This document shows positions 55,701 through 64,000 of a stretch of DNA of 64,000 bases, one piece after another. The stretch comes from Octopus vulgaris (Eukaryota). The notes below the pieces were generated by a model. It saw only the letters and a program-made list of their open reading frames with translations. It had not been told where the DNA came from and searched no databases. The number at the start of each line of letters is the position of its first letter. The stretch's first letter is position 1. Location: assembly GCA_951406725.2 (NCBI GenBank), contig OX597824.1:5642001-5706000 (forward strand), written 5' to 3'. The translations under genes were made by a program, and so were the position numbers.

Positions 55701-56763
55701 AATAAAATTAAGGTATGAATTAGAAACAAAATACCCGGAGAAAATATTTCCATGAGGCAAAAGTGACAGAAAATTAATATTTAGAGAAATAATGGTAAAT
55801 TTGGAAGTAAAGTCAAAAGGAAAACTGCTCCGAAAGTATGAATTGAAATTGCGCATAAATGAATAGACGATATAAGATAATGAAAGATAAAGCGATGAAT
55901 GATGGTCATTGTGGCTGATGTTTCTTATTATTCTCACTCGGGCCTAAGTCAACAATGATCGAGCAAGCCCATGGTTAAACTCGCATAAGCCGCAACCATT
56001 TCATCTTTCTTCTATGCATAGTTTACCTCGAACAACGCCATTTAATGTGCTTTTTTTATTTGGAGATGCATTGAAGGGAGACGTGGCTGATATTTTTAAC
56101 AGATTATGTGACCATGTAAAGGCAAGCTCTCTGTCTGTCTCTCTCTCTCTCTCTTTCTCGCATTGATTCGACTGCACTGATGTTAGAAACGGAACGTTTA
56201 CATTCAGATACAGAAGATCAATCTTTATTCACAAAAGAAGATGGAGGAAAAAAATAGTAATATGCAATATTACATAGAAAATTTTACGGTTATCCAGTCC
56301 ACACAACACTGATTATTCAAACAGATACAACAAGGCTTGTAGTCATATCAATTTCGTAATATCCATATGTAATGTTAAAACGGAAAATAAAAAGTAGGAA
56401 CATGCACCAAAATACGTTGGCTAATCAGAGGCTGACAACACGATACATTCGAACGTATTCAGAGCCGGATCAAAGCATACGAGCACACCTCTGATATATA
56501 TATATATATATATATACATATATGTGTGTGTGTGTGTGTATAGACAAATATATACACACACACACATATATACATATATATTATATATATATTATAAACA
56601 TATATATATATAAAATATGCATGTATGTGTTTGTGTGTGTGTATATAGATATATGTTTGTAATTATGCATATAAGCATATATATATTTATTTATATTTAT
56701 ATTTATGTGTATATACACATGTATATATATACATCTATATCAATATCTATATCTATCTATCTA

Positions 56764-56883
<120 letters not shown>

Positions 56884-57522
56884 AATTGCCAAAGAGAAAT
56901 GGGGAGAGTTATGCAAACGAATAGGTACCCTGATCTTTTATTCCAACAAAAATCTAACGGAAGGAAATTTAAAGATATCAAAGCGCAAGCCTCAAGTTCA
57001 AATAATCAAGATGTGAAGAATGAGAAAGAAAATGATAACAATAACAATTACTTCACTGGTTACGAAAGAGAACAAAAGAGAAAACCATGTTATACGCATT
57101 CTAATGAATAGTCATATTACATAGCGTATGCCTTCTGCACAAGGTAACAATACTGTCAAAGCACCAATAGAATATTCTGTCCACGTCATGCACGCTAAAC
57201 AATCGCCGTACTATAACTGATTTCACAAAATCAGAGAGGTATACTAACGTTACATAGGAAAGAGAAGGGCAATCTACATAATAATAAAATATATTTTGAA
57301 TTTCACATGCCTTCACAATCTCTATTGTCCATGTATATATGATTGTGTGTGTGTGTGTGTGTGTGTATACTTGTGTGTGTGTGTATACTTGTGTGTGTGT
57401 GTGTGTGTGTGCCTGCGTGTATGTGTATACGTCAGAACATAAACGCACATATATATTTTTAAATATATAGATATACATACATATACGTAGTATACATATA
57501 CACGAATGGGACCTATGTCTGA

Positions 57523-58296
57523 ACGTGTCAAAGTGCTGTCATCTGCCTGTTGGCTCTCCTCCTGCAACTCAACCTGATTTCGAGCCGGGTCGTCTGCTGC
57601 TGGATAGGACCGACCAGGTAAACGATCTGGGTATCTTGGTGGATTCCTCCTTTTCGCCTTCGCCCCAGTGCGTCCATGCTGCCAACAAAGCACGCGGAGT
57701 TCTGTTCTTGATTCGACGGTCATTCGGAATGCTCACAGCAGCCATATTCCTACCGCTCTATGTCACGCTGGTGAGACCCATATTGGAGTACGGGATTCAA
57801 GCCTCTTCTCCTTATCTCCTCAAAGACATACAGCATCTCGAAAGAGTCCAGAAGCTGGCTACCCGCATGGTTCTTGGTCTCAAGAATTTGTTTTATTGAG
57901 AAAGGCTGAAGACGCTCGACCATTATTCTCTAGAAAAACGACGACGCCGTGGTGATCTCACTCTTGCTCACAACATCATAAGCGGAAAGTGTAACCTCTC
58001 GAAAGAGCTGTTCTTCACTCCTGCTCCAGAGCGTCGGCTGCGGGGTCACTCCGAAAATCTCTATCTACGACGATTTCATCTCAATCGAAGGAGAGGGGCT
58101 TTCTCCGTCCGGGTTGCGGATCCGTGGAATAAGCTGCCGGATAAGATGGTGAAGATGCCGACGACCGCTCGGTTCAAAGTCTCCCATGACCACAAGTGGC
58201 CTGAACTCTTTACATGAACACCACCCTGTACATAACTCCATGTCCCCCTACATGGCCTTGCTTTTTGCTTTTTGAGCCAAAAATTATCTAACTAAC
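57523..58296 (+). mobile_element. CR1-type LINE, 5'-truncated 3' end of ORF2 plus 3' UTR
   Basis: SKCCHL...DLGILVDS...LYVTLVRPILEY....SPYLLKDIQHLERVQKLATRMV.GLK..Y*ERLK.L..YSLEKRRRRGDL...RGHS...FSVRVADPWNKLP. One premature stop at 57897-57899; ORF end ~58217; CTAA-type tail. Confidence 0.92.
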
Positions 58297-58359
58297 GTCT
58301 ATATCTATCTATCCATCTGTCTATATATCTTTCTGTACGGACAGACAGACAGACAGACA

Positions 58360-58400
<41 letters not shown>

Positions 58401-59778
58401 ACACACACACACACAGACAGACATTCATGTGGCTCCTTACCTACTTGTGTATCTCTTTATATGTATGCCTGAATGAATGTTGGCAAGAGGACATGTTCAC
58501 TTTAATGCGAATGCATGTGCACACGGCCACGGGTGTAATAATAAGAACAGTAACAGAAGCGTGAAATGTAAAGCATTGCTCCCGCGTAAGATTTGCTCTC
58601 GAAGTCCATTTCCAAAAGTATAAAACAAAATAAATTGACTAATAATAAAATTAATTAAACATAATAAACAGCTAATTGTAAGAGCATCGTTCATTGTTTT
58701 TTTTTTTTTGTTTTTTTTGCTCAAAAAAATTATGTTTGTGAAAACAGAATATATCACTGGCCCATTTTTGTGTCATAGATTTTTGTAAGGAGAAACTTTG
58801 TGAAAGTTCCATTTACCTGAGTTAATAAGGATCTGACCGAATACAATATTAGATTTATTGAGGTTGCGCGCCTTATTTCTGTTTCGGAATCAACACAGAA
58901 ACCAGAATAAGCAGTGTTAGGATGCACGGAATTACTTGGCTTAAGAAGAATAGGAAGCATTCCTTATGGAATCAGAAAGAGACTTTGCAAAAGAATACGT
59001 GCATGGGTATGCGTGAAAGCAATCTGTTTTATGTAATGGAATGATGGTAGTGGTGGTGGTGGTGGGGGGGGGGGCTTCACCGTAGCACGAAGCGATTTTA
59101 GTTGTTAAGTCAACTGAATTATCTGCTCTTGAATCAACGTGGAAATTGTTGAACATTCTACAAATACCTGCATCCTTTATCGCATTCAGGATCAGCGTGA
59201 CGCAGTACGTGACAAGAGACAAAGATGTAGCTTTTATATATATAGGTACGATATAATCCAAAATCTTCTGTACAGTTTCCACCTCTTCAGTTTCATTCAC
59301 AAGATATGAGTCGATCTGAAGTTATGAAATATTTATATTTTCGCCTGATGCTACTACTCATGCTTGCCAAGAAAATTTCTTGATCATTTACCCATACTCA
59401 CCACCGATATGGTTCAGTCTTCTAATCTCCAGCACGTACTCCTGCCTAAATTATTCACTCATTCAAACTGAAGAATATTCTCTTTGTATAATTTATAATT
59501 GAATGTCTTTTACTAATTATGATTGATTTTGATCTTAAAATACTTTATCTTCAATTCACTTATTCACAGTCTCATCATTCCAACCTATTTATCTAAGCCT
59601 CACTCTTTTCCATTTGCTTCCCTTGAGGAATCGATTCTTTCTACTTTCGCTTTCCAGTTTATAACTGTCCCTGTATTTCTTTTATTTCCCCAATCACCAC
59701 TCACCGCAATATTCTTTCAAATTGTTGGGTGCTAGACTTAAAACCACCACATGGACACAGGGTACATTTATCACCACT

Positions 59779-60080
59779 TCCATCTCTCTCGAGCCACACC
59801 TGGCTCATAAGGGCCGGTTTCCCGGTTTCCTTGGCATATAGATTCCCTACCTGGACGGGACGCCGGTCCGTCGCAGGTGAGCTGCAAGATGCAGGAGGAA
59901 AGAATGAGAGAAAGTCGTGGCGAAATAGTCAGTAGAAATTTCGCCATTACTTTCTGCCGGAGCTGCGTGGAGTTTAGGTGTTTCGCTCATAAACACACAC
60001 ATCGCCCGGTCTGAGATTCGAACCCGCGATCCCTCGACCGCGAATCCGCTGCCCTAACCACTAGGCCATGTGCCTTCACT
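59779..60080 (-). mobile_element. tRNA-derived SINE with a family-A-like head and a different tail; 13-bp TSD
   Basis: Minus start GTGAAGGCACATGGCCTAGTGGTTAGGGCAGCGG, B-box GGTTCGAATCTC; ATTTATCACCACT at 59766-59778 and 60081-60093. Confidence 0.9.
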
Positions 60081-60606
60081 ATTTATCACCACTGCGTTGT
60101 AAGCATTCAGACCAGATCTTCGGTTTCAAGATGCTTCATCCTTCCTTTGTACTAGATTTAGAAACTCTATGAGCAATCACAGGCATTACCTACTCGCCTC
60201 ATATAAACATCACAACATCTCATAACATTCCGGTTACCAACCAATCTGAAAAAAAATTCCTCTGGATACTTTTGAAATACTCTACAATCCTGTCTGCCTG
60301 AGATCCTTGTGATTTGAAAGACAGCACAAATCTGTCATCACGATATACATCACGTTATTGGTTACCGTGAGACGTCTTCGATGATGATGATGATGATGAT
60401 GATAGAGGTACAAAGCCTGGAATTCAGAGGAAAAGATTAGTCAGTACTACAGTTCGTAGTAACTTGACCGGTACCTTATTTATCACCACCAGAGGGGGTG
60501 AAATGTACAGTTGATATTTATGATATTTTATCTCAAAATGTGAAGACCCGGAAAAAAAAATTATATAATATATAATATCCGTGGCTCTAACGATATATGC
60601 AAGGCA

Positions 60607-60857
<251 letters not shown>

Positions 60858-61444
60858 GTGGTATAATCACCACCCTGAGGCTGTAACTGAAGGAGAAAAT
60901 GTAACCATTCTGTGGGACTTTCCAGTACATACAGACCGAACCATCAAGGCCAATAAACCAGATATTGTTGTGAAAGACCAAAACAATAAAGTTTGCTTAT
61001 TGATCGACATGAGCATCCCTTGTGATCATAATATCTCAGCGAAAGAGTTTGACAAGCTCAGAAAATATAAAGACCTACTCATTGAAATTGAGAAAATGTG
61101 GCATCTCAAGGCGGTTACAATACCAGTGATCGTAGGAGCACAAGGAATGATCAAGAAGGGAACCGAAAATTATATGAGAATGATCCCTGGCTTACCATCC
61201 CTGCAAGAAGTGCAAAAGATTGTCTTAACTGGTACATCACACGTATTGAGAAGAGCATTGTCGATGTGAGAACTGTTGCTGCTCATGCATTTTAATTTAA
61301 CTTTAAAAAAAAAAAAAAAAAACATGAACGAACTACTGAGTTTGGTTTAATGGCCTACCAATATACACTATGAGTTTCTTTGCCCTAGGAGTCGGGAAGA
61401 CACTCGGCAAGAAATGGAAGAAAATTTGAAAAGAGAAAAAAAAG
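60858..61444 (+). mobile_element. Dong/R4-type LINE 3' end #1 (RLE endonuclease domain with open frame, plus 3' UTR)
   Basis: WYNHHPEAVTEGENVTILWDFPVHTDRTIKANKPDIVVKD....CLLIDMSIP......KEFDKLRKYKDL..EIEKMW...TIPVIVGA.G...LQEVQKIVLTGTSHVLRRALSM* (stop 61269); PD..D..K..KY RLE motif. Confidence 0.92.
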
Positions 61445-61477
61445 TAATAATAATAATAATAATAACAAAAAAAAATA

Positions 61478-61754
61478 ATTGCTCCTAATATTGTTGGTGC
61501 CTTAGGTTTGATAAAAAAGGGATGTCAGAAACATCTAGATAACATCCCAGGAGAACCATGTGTCAGAGAAATCGAAGAGGTTGTACTGATAAGTACAGCC
61601 CACATCTTTAGAAAAACCCTATCCATCTAAATGTCTGTGTTATATTACATGAAGATATTTCAGTAAGTTTTCAGTAACATCTCTTATCCTTCACTCGCCC
61701 CAAGGCGCTGGGTGTGTCTCCACAAGTGATTGTAACAAACATGCAGAGTAAAAG
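61478..61754 (+). mobile_element. Dong/R4-type LINE 3' end #2 (different family)
   Basis: IAPNIVGALGLIKKGCQKHLDNIPGEPCVREIEEVVLISTAHIFRKTLSI* (stop 61630), then UTR and (TAA)n. Confidence 0.85.
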
Positions 61755-61801
61755 TAATAATAATAATAATAATAATATAATAATAATAATGACGATGATG
61801 A

Positions 61802-61844
<43 letters not shown>

Positions 61845-61869
61845 GATGATAATAATAATAATAATGATG

Positions 61870-61934
<65 letters not shown>

Positions 61935-61938
61935 AATA

Positions 61939-62362
61939 ATTTCTGTCAAGACCTACCAAAAATAGCAAATATAAAGATCTTGAAATAGAAATTAGCAGAA
62001 TGTGGAACCTGAAGTCGAAAACAATACCTGTTGTCATAGGTGCCCTAGGAAAGATAGCAAAAGGGGCTGATTCCTACCTAGCTCAGATACCAGGAATCCC
62101 CAAAATGGCAGAAATACAAAAGACAGTGCTCATGGGAACTGTTCACATCCTACGCAAAATACTTTGTATGTACTTTCAAGTTTTAAAACAAACATAATTT
62201 TCTTGTTTCTTAAACATTCTCTAGAACAACACTATGTATGAAACTAAATATATGGCACCCTAGGCATAACACCTACATGAACTTCCAACTTATTGTCTCT
62301 TGAGGTCTCTGGGTGAGACTTGGAGCTAACTTGTACAATGTAAAGCAAACGTCAAACATAAA
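61939..62362 (+). mobile_element. Dong/R4-type LINE 3' end #3 (different family)
   Basis: SKYKDLEIEISRMWNLKSKTIPVVIGALGKIAKGADSYLAQIPGIPKMAEIQKTVLMGTVHILRKILCM, then UTR and a short TAA tail. Confidence 0.88.
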
Positions 62363-62381
62363 ATAATTATCATAATAATTA

Positions 62382-62892
62382 TGATAAGGTCTGTTTATTG
62401 ATTGACACGAGCATACCCTGTGACCAAGATATATCAGCAAAGGGATTTGATAAGCTCTGAAAATATAAAGATCTGCTAATCGAAATCGAAAAGTTGTGAC
62501 ATCCCACGATGGTTACAATACCAGTGGTTGTAGGAGAACATGGAATGATCAAAAAGAGAATTAACAATTATTTAAGAATGATCCTTGGCCTTCCCATCCA
62601 TATCACGGAGTGCAAAAGATTGTATTAACTGCTACGTCACCCATACTGAGGAGAGCATTGTCACTTAGAATTTTCTTTCCCTTTTTCACTTTGTTTACAT
62701 TTGTTTACTTTTTCTATTTTTCCCCCTTTTTCTTTTTCTCTCTGTTCTTCTTCGCCTTTTTCTCCACCACATGACTTTGTAAATGAACGATTTGGTGGGG
62801 TTTTTTATTTTAATAGCGTGCAAATGTATAAAGTGCGTTTCTCTGCCGTAGGTGTCAGGAAAACACTCGGCAAGAAATGGAAACATAAGATG
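62382..62892 (+). mobile_element. Dong/R4-type LINE 3' end #4 (older relative of #1)
   Basis: DKVCLLIDTSIPCDQDISAKGFDKL*KYKDLLIEIEKL*H...TIPVVVGEHGMIKK, with in-frame stops; UTR hairpin homologous to #1. Confidence 0.85.
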
Positions 62893-62924
62893 ATAATGGA
62901 AATATCAAAGATGATAAATTGTTT

Positions 62925-63082
62925 CACATTTTGCCACAATGCAGGCAATTTTGTGAGGAGGGGGATGTATCGATTACATCGACCCCAGTGTGAAACTGGT
63001 ACGTAAGTTATCGACATCGAAATGATGAAAGGCGGTGTCGACCTCGGCGTAATTTGAACTCAGAAAGTAGCGACGGGCGAAA
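62925..63082 (-). mobile_element. Family-C SINE, 5'-truncated
   Basis: CGATTACATCGACCCCAGTGTGAAACTGGTAC...GTCGACCTCGGCGTAATTTGAACTCAGAA. Confidence 0.75.
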
Positions 63083-63129
63083 TAATAATAATAATAATAA
63101 TAATTATAATGATTAATAATAATAATAAC

Positions 63130-63194
<65 letters not shown>

Positions 63195-63203
63195 TTAATA
63201 ATG

Positions 63204-63263
<60 letters not shown>

Positions 63264-63730
63264 GTAATAATAATAAGAAGAAGAAGAAGGAGGAGGACGA
63301 GGAGGACGGGGAGGAGATTGATGAGGGGGAAGAAGAAGAATGAAGAGAAGAAAGAAGACGAAGAACGAAGAGGAAATAGAGGAGGTGGAGAAGAAGGAGG
63401 AGGAAGGGGAGGAGAAAAAGAACATGGAGAAGGAGGAGGAGAAGATAGAGGACGAGGTAGAAGGAGAGGAGGCGGAGGTGGAGGAGGAAGGGAAGAAGAA
63501 GAAGAAGGAGTAGGAGGAGAAAAAGAAGGAGAACGAAGATGAAATACAGGAGCTGGAGAAGAAGGAGGAGGAGGAGGAGAAGAAGAAGAAGAAGAAGAAG
63601 AAGAAGATGAAGAAGAAGAAGAAGAAGAAAGAAGAAGAAGAAGAAGAAGAAGAAGAAGAAGAAGAAGAAGAAGAAGAACATGGAGAAGGAAAAGAAGGAG
63701 AAGAAGGAGGAGGAGAAGAAGAAGAAGATA
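63083..63730. repeat. (TAA)n followed by a (GAA)n/(GGA)n polypurine tract
   Basis: Directly visible; source of the 271-aa pseudo-ORF. Confidence 0.95.
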
Positions 63731-64000
63731 ATCTTTAGTAGTGGTAAGTATTTAAAGAAATGTCCATCATTTTGAAGGCATGAATGCATTTCTTTGAAGT
63801 CGGTTTCATAATTAATGCATAATTGCGTCTTTTTTGAAATTTAGCAAATAGCTGAAAAGATTCTGTTGAACTGAAATGAGATCTCCTTATCTTAGTGCAA
63901 AAAGGTGATTAGCCGCATTAAGAGAACAGTTTGATCAACCGCTATGTTTTCCTGTTTCTAATCTTCACCGGACAACTCAAATCTTTTGCTCATCTCTGTA

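Noticed and set aside
58754-59300. Two complex minus-strand ORFs (119 aa and 68 aa), possibly a decayed DNA-transposon gene or exon
   Set aside because: No recognisable motif, interrupted by low-complexity sequence, and no convincing splice sites.
62701-63006. 101-aa ORF after a pyrimidine tract that looks like a possible exon
   Set aside because: It overlaps the 3' UTR of LINE end #4 (homologous to 61270-61444) and a SINE tail.
62974-63789. 271-aa hydrophobic ORF
   Set aside because: Reverse translation of (GAA)n/(TAA)n repeats.

Overview
AT-rich eukaryotic (animal) genomic DNA, dense in microsatellites ((TA)n, (CA)n, (GA)n, (TAA)n, (TAG)n, (CTAT)n, (GAA)n) and retroposons. The SINE families and repeat landscape resemble an octopus or other coleoid cephalopod genome; this is an inference from memory, not a database result. 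I can support no intact host protein-coding exon, rRNA, true tRNA or CRISPR array, so the window looks intronic or intergenic. Almost all ORFs in the track are microsatellite read-throughs. The recognisable coding remnants are all transposon-derived: six Dong/R4-type (RLE) LINE pieces next to (TAA)n, two CR1-type 3' ends, a degenerate RTE LINE with an inverted 5' half, and an internally deleted mariner. There are also three tRNA-headed SINE families (labelled A, B and C here), several MITEs, a non-autonomous Helitron, and (TA)n-embedded fold-back cassettes with minimal hammerhead-ribozyme motifs suggestive of Penelope-like elements. Main leads: (1) a head-to-tail stack of four divergent Dong/R4 3' ends at 60.9-62.9 kb; (2) a stem/bulge/stem RNA structure shared by five of these 3' UTRs, conserved in shape but not in sequence; (3) minimal hammerheads near 6.0 and 6.36 kb; (4) twin-priming-like inversions in an RTE LINE and in a multimeric SINE; (5) a ~310-bp near-identical inverted duplication bracketing 4.85 kb. 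Coordinates and alignments were done by eye; the edges of old repeats are approximate.
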